From: Eledone cirrhosa
Taxonomy: Eukaryota
DNA length: 64,000 nucleotides
Assembly (NCBI GenBank): GCA_964016885.1
Contig: OZ024765.1
Span: 19,840,001-19,904,000, forward strand
Direction of reading: 5' to 3'
Positions 40,945 through 55,190 of this stretch are shown here, piece by piece (positions within the stretch are counted from its first letter, which is position 1; each line of letters begins with the position of its first letter). The position numbers and the translations under genes are program-made. A model generated the notes under the pieces. It made no database searches and was not told the origin of the DNA. It saw only the letters and a list, made by a program, of their open reading frames with translations.

Positions 40945-41499
40945 GTAAGTTGCAGTTTATGGATTTCTGTAAACCTTAAAATCTTTTGACCGTCACCTAA
41001 CTATCAGCCCCAAACTCAAAAAAAGGTTCGTCTAATCCCATCCACAAGCTCTCCCTACAATCTGGACACACAGACAAAATACAAATATTCAATGAAAAAA
41101 AAAAAATTCAACAAGATTTCATTTAATTAAAATCATCATCGTTTAATGTCCATTTTTCTTTGCTAGCATGGGTTGGACAAGTTGTCCCTTGTGAAACAAG
41201 TCAGATCAGATGACCATGTCTTGCTCATACAGAACTGTTTCTGGCTTGGTTTCTATGCCTGGATGCCCTTCCTAATGGGCTCTGTGTTGCCATCACGACT
41301 ACTTTACAGTGTGGGCTGTGGACTTGAGTGGTAGATCTAGGGGCATGTGTGTGGGGCAGGGTTTTCAGACATGGGTGGAGTGTTAGGACATGGGAGCTGC
41401 AAGAGGAGAGGGATGTGGATGGGTGAGGGTTGTTAGAGCATGGAGGTGTATGCTTCAACCCATGCACAAGGAAAGGCAGGCCTTCTGTATTACTGCATA

Positions 41500-41711
41500 A
41501 CACCAGATTTCAGTCCTGTGTCATCGCCTTCAAGAGGTCAGCTTTTATCACCTCATCCCAAGTCTTCCTAGATTTTCCTACACTGTCGACCTCCTTGAGA
41601 CCCCTGCACCTTTTTATATGGCTGTCATCCTTCATATGCATCACATGTCCATACCAGCGCATTCTCCTCTCTTGCACACTGCGTCTGACTCCTCTTAGAC
41701 CCAGTTTCTCT

Positions 41712-41717
<6 letters not shown>
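41500..41717 (-). mobile_element. RTE LINE 3' fragment
   Basis: LREKLGLRGVRRSVQERRMRWYGHVMHMKDDS...RKTWDEVIKADL. Confidence 0.85.
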
Positions 41718-41759
<42 letters not shown>

Positions 41760-43397
41760 TTCAAGAGTAACCAATCTTAAAGAGAGGGATGGGGATAGGA
41801 GAGGAGAGATTGGTGAATTAGTTAGAAGCCAAAGCGTAAAGGCATGTGCTCAATGTGCAATATGCAGTAGAATGCAGACACACACGCACATACATACACA
41901 TATATATATGTATATATATATATTATATTATATTATTTATTTATGTTCATATATGAAACAAAAAACACTACCTATGGTTTCAAGGTCCAATTACGACCAT
42001 CTCCCCAGACTGCACGGTGGTGCAGAGTGGAAGGGCGATCAAATTTGTGACCTTGGCAGCCGGCGCTGGGACAATATATATGGCTGGATATAGAAACAGA
42101 AGCAAACTAGAACAATATTTGCACAAATTATGACAAAATCAATGTGAGAGAGAGAGAGGGAGATAGAGAGAGAGTTGAATCAGACAAGAAGAGGTGAAAT
42201 ATTAAAGTAGCTATGAGCTGTTACTGAATGTAAACAAGCCGAAGGTAATAGAAAGGGGTGAGAGAGAGAAAAAAAGAGATAAGGATATAATGAGATAATG
42301 GAGGTGGTAGTGTCATCCTAAACACACCATACCAACCATCCCCAACCAGGTGTTACCTCCTGTCTTTTTGTGTAACTTATATATCAACATAGACAGATGA
42401 CTAATTAGACATGACAATTGCTGCCAATAAGTATTAGTATTAATGACTAATATATATGTATGTATGTATATATACACACAATCAGTTCCTGTATGAGCAA
42501 GGCATGGTCAGCCGACCAGACACTGCCCACAACAGGACAACCCGTCTAACCCATGATGGCGTGGAAGAACGGACGTAAAACGGTGATGATGATGATACAC
42601 CCACACACATAGAAACATATATATATATATACAACAAAGAATAAATAAATAAAAACTATTAACAGATTTAAACCAAAATTAAATATGTAATCACTCCCAT
42701 TAGATTCCCCCCCCCCACACACACACACACACATACACACATACACCACGAAATAAGAAACAAATTGCTCATAAACATATTTTCCAAAAATTTCTGATTG
42801 AAAGCCACCACTGATTCTTTGGTCTGTTTTTTTTTTTATTTCCCACCACAAAAAGACTTGTGAACAAAAAAACTAAAGCGCGTACACACACACCTGCACA
42901 CACACACACACATGTGTGTATTTTTATATATATACTCTCACACGTACACTCTCACACTCTCTAAAACCATATTCCAAAAGTAGAATTTCTATTACAACCC
43001 TTCTTTTGTCAATCCCATTTACCTCTCTCACCCATAGAATTTGTCTCTAGCTTACAACCTCAAATCGTCACCCCCATCTGAACTCTTGACCAGTCCATTA
43101 ACACAATTGAGATACACACACATATTTACAGAATATCTCCCTCTACCTAAAAATAATTTTGTTCTATGTTAAAAAACATAACTACCACCACCACCTCCGC
43201 TGCCACTACCATGACTGCACCTCTCTCTCTATATACACCAGATTCCATCTTTCCAGTCTCCTTCTCAACAAGAAAGATGAACAAACTTACCTCAACACTT
43301 CATTTTAAATCTTTAATTCTTAATTCTTATTAATTCTTTTTAATTGTAATACTCAATATTTGATAAGATGGTTTTTATTAATACATCGAAACCAGTG

Positions 43398-44130
43398 ATA
43401 CTTCATATGTTTTATATATTTTATATACTTTATATACTTTATATACTTTATACATTTTATATACTTTATATATTTTATATACTTCATATACTTTATATAC
43501 TTTATATACTTTATATACTTCATATACTTTATATACTTTATATACTTTATATACCTCATATACTTCATATACTTCATATACTTCATATACTTCATATACT
43601 TTATATACTTCATATACTTCATATACTTTATATACTCTATATACTTTATATACTTCATATACTTTATATACTTCATATACTTTATATACTTTATATACTT
43701 TATATACTTTATATACTTTATATACTTCATATACTTTATATACTTCATATACTTCATATACTTCATATACTTCATATACTTCATATACTTTATATACTTC
43801 ATATACTTCATATACTTTATATACTTTATATACTTCATATACTTCATATACTTCATATACTTCATATACTTTATATACTTCATATACTTCATATACTTTA
43901 TATACTTTATATACTTCATATACTTTATATACTTCATATACTTTATATACTTCATATACTTCATATACTTTATATACTTTATATACTTCATATACTTTAT
44001 ATACTTCATATACTTCATATACTTCATATACTTCATATACTTTATATACTTTATATACTTCATATACTTCATATACTTCATATACTTTATATACTTTATA
44101 TACATTATATACTTTATATACATTATATAC
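43398..44130. repeat. 9-bp minisatellite (atacttYat)n
   Basis: Direct reading. Confidence 0.95.
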
Positions 44131-44211
44131 TCTCACCAGTTTTCTTTGGACATACTGAACCCTCTGCACACGCATATATATATATATATATGTCATTACA
44201 ACAGCAGAGGG

Positions 44212-44353
44212 CTGACGAGCTTTTGATTCCAGAGTCAGCCAGATCGAACCTTGAGCTGATCAATAGCGAAACGCACGTCACTAATAAACGTAATGAAGGC
44301 TTAACAAATCGTCCGATTTGTTAAGCCTTCATTACGTTTATTAGTGACGCGCG

Positions 44354-44355
<2 letters not shown>
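44212..44355 (+). ncRNA. Hammerhead-like core followed by an 86-bp palindrome
   Basis: CTGACGA gc...gc GAAA cgcac GTC at 44212-44279 (stem I poorly paired); palindrome 44270-44355 whose other arm has the palindromic loop gcgc. Confidence 0.55.
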
Positions 44356-44405
<50 letters not shown>

Positions 44406-44695
44406 TCATCATCATCACCGTGTTGCGTCCATTCTTCCACGCTAGCATGGGTTAGACGGGTTGTCCTGTTGTGGGCAGTGTCCGGTCGGCTGACCTTGTC
44501 TTGCTCATTCGGGAACTGATTCTGGCTTGATTTCTACAGCTGGATGCCCTTCCTAACACCAACCTCATTTACAGTGAGTGCTGGGAGCTTTTTTTTCCGT
44601 GGCGCCTACACGTCCACTTTACAGTGCGGGCTGGGGTGCTTTTTTGCCATGGCACCTCTACGACCACTTTGCAGTGGGAGGGTGTGGGGGCATAT

Positions 44696-44742
<47 letters not shown>

Positions 44743-45053
44743 ATAATTGAATATAAAAGAAAAACGAACACAGACATATACATATATGTGTTCAAATCGT
44801 AAGGGACCAAATTCTCTAAGGTGAAAAGAATACTAACTACAGGCAATAGGGTTTGCCAGACTCAATTTAAGAATAAATCAAGAAAAATAAATACAAACCG
44901 GAATTGTGGTAACTACCAATCACCCAGGCAGCTATGTTAATGCTGTTTCGCAATATTAATTGTGAAAAGGAATGCCAATTGTTGCTCATCAGTGGGTGAA
45001 GAATTAAGTATATTAAGAAACTGAATAGTGTGCGTATATATAATAACGCACAT

Positions 45054-45087
<34 letters not shown>

Positions 45088-45379
45088 CACAGGAGATATC
45101 TCCTGTGATTATTCATGTTTATTTATATGTTAATCAATTTCTAGTTATTATAAAATGCTCGGACATACTCGTTAGAATCTTAGAGCTTATTTTGCGGGTG
45201 ATATGGCGCATGTCTTTCTGGCATGACACGCATAATTTTGATTTAGATTAAATTCATTTGATTTATCTTAATTTTGGATATAGATATATATATATGTATG
45301 TAAAAAGTAAACAGAAACAACACAACCGGTACTGTATATGGAAGGTATATATTAGGTTAACGCTTGATATAGCAGGAAG

Positions 45380-45420
45380 AGGGTCTTATGGTTTCGGACG
45401 CTAGTCCTTCATCAGAAGAA
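45380..45420 (-). ncRNA. Penelope-type hammerhead core (CUGAUGAAGGAC..GUCCGAAAC)
   Basis: Minus: tctt CTGATGA aggactagcgtcc GAAA ccataaga; a more decayed copy of the same 190-bp element lies at about 37820-38015. Confidence 0.5.
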
Positions 45421-45757
45421 AGAATGAGAAATAAAATAGATTGAGGGGACGGGCGGGATGGAATTGGAAAAAATGTCTTTAGATAAAAATATGTATATGG
45501 AAGCTTGTTAGGAAGGGCAACCAGCTGTAAAAACCTCGGCCAAATTTACAGTCCCATCAGAGCAAGGTACGGTGTGGCCAATTCTGGCCAGACATGTCTC
45601 ATGATGTGGACCCGTCTAACCCATGCAAGTGTGGAAAATAGATGTTAAAAGGTGGTGATGATATATATACATCATCATCATCATCATCGTCATCACCATG
45701 TTGCGTCCATTCTTCCATGCTAGCATGGGTTAGACGGGTTGTCCTGTTGTGGGCAGT

Positions 45758-46093
45758 GGAGGCACATGGCTTAGTGGTTAGAGCATTGGCCTTGCAATCG
45801 AAAGGTTGTAAGTTCAATTCTCAGACCGGGTGATGTGTTGTTTCCTTGAGCAAGACACTTTATTTCACATTGCTCCAGTTTACTCAGCTGTAGAAATGAG
45901 ATGATAGGGACTGGGGTCCCTATCATTCCACTGTAAAGTGGTCGTGGAGGTGCCACGGCAAAAAAGCACCCAGCACTCACTGTAAATGAGGTTGGTGTTA
46001 GGAAGGGCATCCAGCTGTAGAAATCAAGCCAGAATCAGTTCCCGTCCCACCCTTGCAAGCAGGGAAAAGTGGACGTAAAATGAAATGATGATG
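45758..46093 (+). mobile_element. SINE family A
   Basis: Full length, A/B boxes, (ATG)n tail. Confidence 0.9.
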
Positions 46094-46094
46094 A

Positions 46095-46390
46095 TATATG
46101 TGAGATATGGACCTGAAAGTGATTCCTACCTACTCCCTTTGTAAATATTGAGCACCACCACTTCCCTGATGAAGTTAGTCTTGTACTCTTTCCTACTTAT
46201 TCAAACTTTGATCTTTGATAGGTTTACTCTCTGCCCTTTCAATACTAAATTTGACCCTAAATTCTGTTTCCAAGGTAATTTCTTCTCCAGCTGTTCCAGA
46301 GATTTATCTATAAGAACCGTCTTATCATCATAGAGACGTAACCATGGACAACCAGTCTTAAACTCCTTTGTTATGGTCTGACTATCATAT
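46095..46390 (-). mobile_element. Decayed RTE RT fragment
   Basis: KEFKTGCPWLRLYDDKTVLI...LEQLEKK...KGQRVNLSKIKV (degenerate YADD region). Confidence 0.65.
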
Positions 46391-46490
46391 AATAAACGAG
46401 GAGGGAGGAGGGGGGGGGGGTGACTGAGCTTCGAAGAAATGTAAAAACACACGTGTTTATATATATATGTGTATGTGTGTCTGTATATAA

Positions 46491-46574
<84 letters not shown>

Positions 46575-47184
46575 ATCACCCTCCTCGCCAATCAAGCTTA
46601 GTGGGGTTGCTGTTTTAGTTGCCGACAACCCGACCATGAGAGAGGTTGTACTGGGTTACATGTTACCAGTAGCGACCGGACCTGCGGGATGAAATACAAG
46701 ACCCGGCAGAGGGAGGAGGAAATCAGCAGAATGAACGGCCATCCAAATAGTACTTTTTTTTTTTCACCTGGGAGTGAAAGGCCCCCCCCCCCCCCAGTTG
46801 TTGTCACAACACCTTTCCAAGAGCGGGAAACTCTGAAAAAATTCCTGCGGCTTCGGAAACATCCGATGATGTTGACCAGTTCTCCTTTTCATGTAGGGTT
46901 TTTGATGGCCAAAGTGGGATTGGTCGAATGCAAGGCCTTTCCCCACTTAAAAAAACCCCTTCAAAGCACAGTCATTGCTTGTTCGGGATCTGTTACAGGT
47001 TTGTGTGGCTGGCCGTAGCCTAAAGGTGCACCATTTCCTGTAATCTGACAAGTGATTGCAATACTCTTCGCAGAGTTTGCAGCCACCATATGTAAATATT
47101 TGCAAATCACATTAAAAATGTTATATAAAGCAGTTGTTTTAGTGGCATGACAACATGTAGATGTCACGCCAAAAATTACCCACC

Positions 47185-48115
47185 AACACCACCATCCACA
47201 ACACCATCAGCACTACCACACAACGACCACCACTGCCACACCACCACCACCACACAAACACAACCACCACCACTGCCACACCACCACTGCCACCACACAA
47301 ACACAACTACCACCACTGCCACACCACCACCGCCACCACACAAACACAACCACCACCACTGCCACACCACCACCGCCACCACACAAACACAACTACCACC
47401 ACTGCCACACCACCACCGCCACCACACAAACACAACTACCACCACCACCACCACACAAACACAACCACCACCACTGCCACACCACCACTGCCACCACACA
47501 AACACAACTACCACCACTGCCACACCACCACCGCCACCACACAAACACAACCACCACCACTGCCACACCACCACCGCCGCCACACAAACACAACCACCAC
47601 CACTGCCACACCACCACCGCCGCCACACAAACACAACCACCACCACTGCCACACCACCACCGCCGCCACACAAACACAACTACCACCACTGCCACACCAC
47701 CACTGCCACACTACCACCGCTACCACACAAACACAACTACCACCACTGCCACACCACCACTGCCGCCACACAAACACAACCACCACCACTGCCACACCAC
47801 CACCGCCGCCACACAAACACAACCACCACCACTGCCACACCACCACCACCACATAAACACAACCACCACCACTGCCACACCACCACCACCACACAAACAC
47901 AACCACCACTGCCACACTACCACCGCTACCACACAAACACAACTACCACCACTGCCACAGCACCACCGCCACACAAACACAACCACCACCACTGCCACAC
48001 CACCACCGCCGCCACACAAACACAACTACCACCACTGCCACACCACCACCGCCGCCACACAAACACAACTACCACCACTACCACCACCACCACCACCACC
48101 ACTACAACCACCACT
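47185..48115. repeat. CAC-rich compound minisatellite
   Basis: cacacaaacacaaccaccaccactgccacaccaccacc units. Confidence 0.9.
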
Positions 48116-48154
48116 ATCTTCTAATTTATGATATTTAACTGTTGTATTTTCCAG

Positions 48155-48263
48155 TCAACTTTGAGGCTCTTCTTATCTCCATGGGTGTCATTGCTGGCCT
48201 ATGTTTCTTCTCCTGCGTTCTCTGCATATACTGTTGCTGCTGTCGCAAGAGTAAACGTCACAA
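48155..48263 (+). CDS. PTTG1IP: PTTG1IP-like coding exon 4 (transmembrane helix and Cys string)
   Basis: Acceptor gttgtattttccag, donor gtaagt; (I)NFEALLISMGVIAGLCFFSCVLCIYCCCCRKSKRH matches family signature VNFEALII.M.V..G......CCCC.R; phase 1 to 2. Confidence 0.95.
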
Positions 48264-48312
48264 GTAAGTACATTACACCCCTCTGGAACCCTTCAGCTAA
48301 ATCATATTTAGA

Positions 48313-51095
48313 GCATGTTGTTAGAATGTCTCAGGAAAGAATGACTGGACAGATTTGTAGCTCAGAGATCAGAGAGTCACTCCAGGTAGAGCTGTTACTT
48401 CTCTGAATTGAGTGATCACAGCTCTGATACTATGACATGTGGTTAGAATGTCTCAGGAAAGAATCACTGGACAGATTTGTAGCTCAGAGATCAGAGAGTC
48501 ACTCCAGGTAGAGCTGCTACTTCTCTGAATTGAGAGATCACAGCTCTGATACTATGACATGTGATTAGAATGTTTCAGGAAAGAATCACTGGACAGATTT
48601 GTAGCTCAGATATCAGAGTCACTCCAGGTAGAGCAACTACTTCTCTGAATTGAGAGATCACAGCTCTGATACTTTGGACATGTGGTTAGAATGTATCAGG
48701 AAAGAATCTCTGGACAGATTTGTAGCTCAGAGATCAGAGAGTCACTCCAGGTAGAGCAACTACTTCTCTGAATTGAGAGATCACAGCTCTGATACTATGG
48801 ACATGTGGTTAGAATGTATCAGGAAAGAATCTCTGGACAGATTTGTAGCTCAGAGATCAGAGAGTCACTCCAGGTAGAGCTGTTACTTCTCTGAATTGAG
48901 AGATCACAGCTCTGATACTGTGGACATGTGGTTAGAATGTCTCAGGAAAGAATCACTGAATAGATTTGTAGCTCAGAGATCAGAGAGTCACTCCAGGTAG
49001 AGCTACTACTTCTCTGAATTGAGTGATCACAGCTCTGATACTATGACATGTGGTTAGAATGTCTCAGGAAAGAATCACTGGACAGATTTGTAGCTCAGAT
49101 ATCAGTCACTCCAGGTAGAGCAACTACTTCTCTGAATTGAGAGATCACAGCTCTGATACTTTGGACATGTGGTTAGAATGTATCAGGAAAGAATCTCTGG
49201 ACAGATTTGTAGCTCAGATATCAGAGTCACTCCAGGTAGAGCAACTACTTCTCTGAATTGAGAGATCACAGCTCTGATACTTTGGACATGTGGTTAGAAT
49301 GTATCAGGAAAGAATCTCTGGACAGATTTGTAGCTCAGAGATCACAGAGTCACTCCAGGTAGAGCTGTTACTTCTCTGAATTGAGAGATCACAGCTCTGA
49401 TACTGTGGACATGTGGTTAGAATGTCTCAGGAAAGAATCACTGAATAGATTTGTAGCTCAGATATCAGAGAGTCACTCCAGGTAGAGCTGCTACTTCTCT
49501 GAATTGAGAGATCACAGCTCTGATACTGTGGACATGTGGTTAGAATGTCTCAGGAAAGAATCACTGGACAGATTTGTAGCTCAGAGATCAGAGAGTCACT
49601 CCAGGTAGAGCTGCTACTTCTCTGAATTGAGAGATCACAGCTCTGATACTATGGACATGTGGTTAGAATGTCTCAGGAAAGAATAGCTGGACAGATTTGT
49701 AGCTCAGAGATCAGAGAGTCACTCCAGGTAGAGCTGCTACTTCTCTGTATTGAGAGATCACAGCTCTGATACTATGGACATGTGGTTAGAATGTCTCAGG
49801 AAAGAATCTCTGGACAGATTTGTAGCTCAGAGATCAGAGAGTCACTCCAGGTAGAGCAACTACTTCTCTGAATTGAGAGATCACAGCTCTGATACTATTG
49901 ACATGTGGTTAGAATGTCTCAGGAAAGAATCACTGGACAGATTTGTAGCTCAGAGATCAGAGTCACTCCAGGTAGAGCTGCTACTTCTCTGAATTGAGAG
50001 ATCACAGCTCTGATACTATGGACATGTGGTTAGAATGTCTCGGGAAAGAATCTCTGGACAGATTTGTAGCTCAGAGATCAGAGAGTCACTCCAGGTAGAG
50101 CAACTACTTCTCTGAATTGAGAGATCACAGCTCTGATACTATGGACATGTGGTTAGAATGTCTCAGGAAAGAATCACTGGACAGATTTGTAGCTCAGAGA
50201 TCAGAGAGTCACTCCAGGTAGAGCTGCTACTTCTCTGTATTGAGAGATCACAGCTCTGATACTATGGACATGTGGTTAGAATGTCTCAGGAAAGAATCTC
50301 TGGACAGATTTGTAGCTCAGAGATCAGAGAGTCACTCCAGGTAGAGCAACTACTTCTCTGAATTGAGAGATCACAGCTCTGATACTATGGACATGTGGTT
50401 AGAATGTCTCAGGAAAGAATCACTGGACAGATTTGTAGCTCAGAGATCAGAGAGTTACTCCAGGTAGAGCTGTTACTTCTCCAAATTGAGAGATCACAGC
50501 TCTGATACTATGGGCATGTGGTTAGAATGTCTCAGGAAAGAATCACTGGATAGATTTGTAGCTCAGAGATCAGAGAGTCACTCCAGGTAGAGTTGCTACT
50601 TCTCCAAATTGAGAGATCACTGCTCTGATACTATGGACATGGGGTTAGAATATCTCAGGAAATAATCACTGGACAGATTTGTAGCTCAGAGATCAGATAG
50701 TCACTCCAGGTAGAGCTGCTACTTCTCTGAATTGAGAGATCACAGCTCTGATACTATGGACATGGGGTTAGAATGTCTCAGGAAAGAATCACTGGACAGA
50801 TTTGTAGCTCAGAGATCAGAGAGTCACTCCAGGTAGAGCAACTACTTCTCTGAATTGAGAGATCACAGCTCTGATACTATGGACATGGGGTTAGAATGTC
50901 TCAGGAAAGAATCACTGGACAGATTTGTAGCTCAGAGATCAGAGAGTCACTCCAGGTAGAGCAACTACTTCTCTGAATTGAGAGATCACAGCTCTGATAC
51001 TATGGACATGTGGTTAGAATGTCTCAGGAAAGAATCTCTGGACAGATTTGTAGCTCAGAGATCAGAGAGTCACTCCAGGTAGAGCTGCTACTTCT
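48313..51095 (+). repeat. 123-bp tandem array (about 22 copies), reverse complement of the array at 17035-18690
   Basis: Unit catgtggttagaatgtctcaggaaagaatcactggacagatttgtagctcagagatcagagagtcactccaggtagagctgctacttctctgaattgagagatcacagctctgatactatgga. Confidence 0.95.
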
Positions 51096-51339
51096 GTTGT
51101 TACCACTGTTGTTGCCGTTGTTAGGTACATGTTGTATTGTTGTTTCTCTATGTACAATATTGCTTCTATTTGTTATTGTTAGATACATAGTTATCTGACA
51201 TTGTTATATCTTACTGTTGTTCTGACTGTTGTTGTTGTTACTGCTGTTCTGACTAGGTGATTACCTTGCTGTTGTTGTTAGGTATTGTGCTGTTGTCTTA
51301 CAGTTGTTATTAGCTATATATCTTACTGTTGTTGTTACT

Positions 51340-52198
51340 ATTGTTGTTACCAGGTATATGGTGTTGTTGTTGTTGTTGTTACCAGGTATATATTGTTGTT
51401 GTTGTTGTTGTTACCAGGTATATACTGTTGTTGTTGTTGTTGTTGTTGTTACCTGGTATATACTGTTGTTGTTGTTGTTGTTACCAGGTATATACTGTTG
51501 TTGTTGTTGTTGTTACCAGGTATATACTGTTGTTGTTGTTGTTGTTACCAGATATATACTGTTGTTGTTGTTGTTGTTACCAGGTATATACTGTTGTTGT
51601 TGTTGTTACCTGGTATATACTGTTGTTGTTGGTACCAGGTATATACTGTTGTTGTTGTTGTTACCAGGTATATGGTGTTGTTGTTGTTACCTGGTATATA
51701 CTGTTGTTGTTGTTGTTACTAGGTATATACTGTTGTTGTTGTTACCTGGTATATACTGTTGTTGTTGTTGTTACTAGGTATATACTGTTGTTGTTGGTAC
51801 CAGGTATATACTGTTGTTGTTGTTACCAGGTATATGGTGTTGTTGTTGTTACCTGGTATATACTGTTGTTGTTGTTGTTACCAGGTATATACTGTTGTTA
51901 CCTGGTATATACTGTTGTTGTTGTTACTAGGTATATACTGTTGTTGTTGTTACCTGGTATATACTGTTGTTGTTATTGTTACTAGGTATATACTGTTGTT
52001 GTTGTTACCTGGTATATACTGTTGTTGTTGTTGTTACCAGGTATATACTGTTGTTGTTGTTGTTGTTGTTGTTACCAGGTATATACTGTTGTTGTTGTTG
52101 TTACTAGGTATATACTGTTGTTGTTGTTACTAGGTATATACTGTTGTTGTTGTTGTTACCAGGTATATACTGTTGTTGTTGTTGTTACCAGGTATATG
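51340..52198. repeat. (gtt)n-accaggtatatact minisatellite (about 30 units) overlapping the exon 5 acceptor
   Basis: Direct reading. Confidence 0.92.
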
Positions 52199-52257
52199 GC
52201 TGATGAGGTAAAATTTGAAAAACAGAAGGAGGAACGTAGGGTAAAATCTGATGAAAG
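52192..52257 (+). CDS. PTTG1IP: PTTG1IP-like coding exon 5 (charged cytoplasmic helix)
   Basis: Acceptor gttgttaccag, donor gtaaga; (K)YMADEVKFEKQKEERRVKSDE(R); phase 2 to 2. Confidence 0.88.
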
Positions 52258-52264
52258 GTAAGAA

Positions 52265-52630
52265 CACCATCACCATCATAGCCATCACCATCATAGCCAT
52301 CACCATCACTATCAAAGCCATTGCTATCATCATCATAGCCATCACCATCACTATCAAAGCCATTGCTATCACCATCATAGCCATCACTATCAAAGCCATC
52401 ACCATCACAGCCATCACCATCACTATCAAAGCCATTGCTATCATCATCATAGCCATCACCATCACTATCAAAGCCATTGCTATCACCATCACTGCCATCA
52501 CCATCACTATCAAAGCCATTGCTATCACTATCATAGCCATCACCATCATAGCCATCACCATCACTATCAAAGCTATTGCTATCACTGTCATAGCCACCAC
52601 CATCACTATCAAAGCCATTGCTATCATCAG
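52265..52630. repeat. ATC-rich minisatellite (catagccatcaccatcactatcaaagccatt)
   Basis: Direct reading; same family at 53941-55190. Confidence 0.9.
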
Positions 52631-52659
52631 CAAACAGCCACAGGAAACAAGCACCACCA

Positions 52660-53276
52660 ATCTCTGGGAGGGCTCTGTAGAGACAGTAGACAGCTTCTGC
52701 TACCTAAGTGACCGAATTAGCAGCGGAGGTGGGTGTTCAGAAAGTACAATAACTAGGGTAAGAACGGGATGGAAGAAGTTCAGGGAACTACTGCCACTGC
52801 TAGCTGCAAAAGGCTTCTCCCTCAAAATGAAAGGTAGACTGTATGATGCGTGTATCCGAACAGCAATGTTGCATGGTAGTGGGACCTGGGCGCTGAAGGT
52901 GGAAGACTTGTGTAGATTAGAAAGAAATGAAGCCTGCATGCTCCGATGGATGTGTAACAGTAATATACGCGAACGACAAATCATAAATGAATTGCGAGAG
53001 AGACTGAGCATAAGAGAAATCAAATGCTGTGTGCAGGAGAGGCGGTTGCGTTGGTATGGACATGTGATGCGTATGAAGGATGACAGCTGCATAAAAAGGT
53101 GCAGAACACTAGAAGTCGATGGAAACCGCGGAGTGGGGAGACCCAAGATGACCTGGGATGAGGTGATAAAAGCCGACCTTACCCAATTACACCTCTCAAA
53201 GGCGATGACACACGACCGTGACCTCTGGCGTCACGCAGTAATACAGAGTACCCGACCTCCAATGGGTACAAGCTGA
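52660..53276 (+). mobile_element. RTE LINE 3' fragment
   Basis: VETVDSFCYLSD...GWKKFRELLPLL...KGRLYDACIRTAMLHGSGTW...RRLRWYGHVMRM...GRPKMTWDEVIKADL. Confidence 0.9.
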
Positions 53277-53282
53277 AGCATA

Positions 53283-53585
53283 TAGCCAATATGCCCCCAC
53301 ACCCCCTAGTGCAAGGTGGTCGTGGAGGTGCCACGGCAAAAAAGCACCCAGCCCACACTGTAAAGTGGACGTGTAGGCGCCACGAAAAAGCACCCAGCAC
53401 TCACTGTAAATGAGGTTGGTGTTAGGAAGAGCATCCAGCTGTAGAAATCAAGCCAAATTAGTTCCTGTATGATCAAGGCATGGTCAGCCGACCAGACACT
53501 GCCCACAACAGGACAACCCGTCTAACCCATGCTAGCATGGAAGAACGGACGTAAAACGACGGTGATGATGATGATGATGATGATA
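53283..53585 (+). mobile_element. Non-autonomous RTE-tail element sharing SINE A 3' half
   Basis: Head aatatgcccccacacccc also at 44690 (minus); tail ends in (GAT)n. Confidence 0.65.
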
Positions 53586-53734
53586 CATATCTCGCTCAAT
53601 TGATGTTATTGTTATTAGTGAAACGTAAATTGAAAAAATGACTTAATTCCACCTACACGTAAACTTTATATGTGGCCGATGTTCAGTTGCAATAAGTAGC
53701 ACGTGCCCACAGTAAACTAGCTCCTTCTATTGCC

Positions 53735-53943
53735 CAGATGGTTCTATAGAAATAGTGGACACCTTCCGTTACCTGGGTGACAAAATCAGCAGTGGTGGAG
53801 GGTGCTGTGAAAGTACAGTGGCTAGAGTCAGAACGGGATGGAAAAAGTTCAGAGAACCTTATACCGCTGTTGGCCGCTAAAGGTTTCGCTCTAAAAATGA
53901 AAGGCAGGCTGTATGATGCCTGTATACGAACAGCAATGCTACA
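53735..53943 (+). mobile_element. RTE LINE fragment truncated by ATC array
   Basis: EIVDTFRYLGD...LIPLLAAKGFALKMKGRLYDACIRTAMLH. Confidence 0.8.
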
Positions 53944-55190
53944 TAGCCATCACCATCACCATCATAGCCATCACCATCACTATCAAAGCCATTGCCATCA
54001 CCATCATAGCCATCACCATCACTATCAAAGCCATTGCCATCACCATCATAGCCATCACCATCATAGCCATCACCATCACTATCAAAGCCATTACTATCAT
54101 CATCATAGCCATCACCATCATAGCCATCACCATCACTATCAAAGCCATTACTATCATCATCATAGCCATCACCATCATAGCCATCACCATCATAGCCATC
54201 ACCATCACTATCAAAGCCATTACTATCATCATCATAGCCATCACTATCATAGCCATCACCATCATAGCCATCACCATCACTATCAAAGCCATTGCCATCA
54301 CCATCATAGCCATCACCATCACTATCAAAGCCATTACTATCATCATCATAGCCATCACTATCATAGCCATCACCATCATAGCCATCACCATCACTATCAA
54401 AGCCATTGCCATCACCATCACTATCAAAGCCATTACTATCATCATCATAGCCATCACTATCATAGCCATCACCATCATAGCCATCACCATCACTATCAAA
54501 GCCATTACTATCATCATCATAGCCATCACTATCATAGCCATCACCATCATAGCCATCACCATCACTATCAAAGCCATTGCCATCACCATCATAGCCATCA
54601 CCATCACTATCAAAGCCATTACTATCATCATCATAGCCATCACTATCATAGCCATCACCATCATAGCCATCACTATCAAAGCCATTGCCATCACCATCAC
54701 TATCAAAGCCATCACCATCACTATCAAAGCCATTACTATCATCATCATAGCCATCACTATCATAGCCATCACCATCATAGCCATCACCATCACTATCAAA
54801 GCCATTACTATCATCATCATAGCCATCACCATCATAGCCATCACCATCACTATCAAAGCCATTACTATCATCATCATAGCCATCACCATCATAGCCATCA
54901 CCATCACTATCAAAGCCATTACTATCATCATCATAGCCATCACTATCATAGCCATCACCATCATAGCCATCACCATCACTATCAAAGCCATTGCCATCAC
55001 CATCATAGCCATCACCATCACTATCAAAGCCATTACTATCATCATCATAGCCATCACCATCATAGCCATCACCATCATAGCCATCACTATCATAGCCATC
55101 ACCATCATAGCCATCACCATCACTATCAAAGCCATAGCCATCACCATCACCATCAATATCATTACTATAGCTGTCACCATTATCATCATC
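53941..55190. repeat. ATC-rich minisatellite
   Basis: Direct reading; source of the poly-His ORF. Confidence 0.92.

Noticed and set aside
45083-45112. 30-bp perfect palindrome ataatcacaggagatatctcctgtgattat
   Set aside because: Real but too short to assign; no associated motif identified
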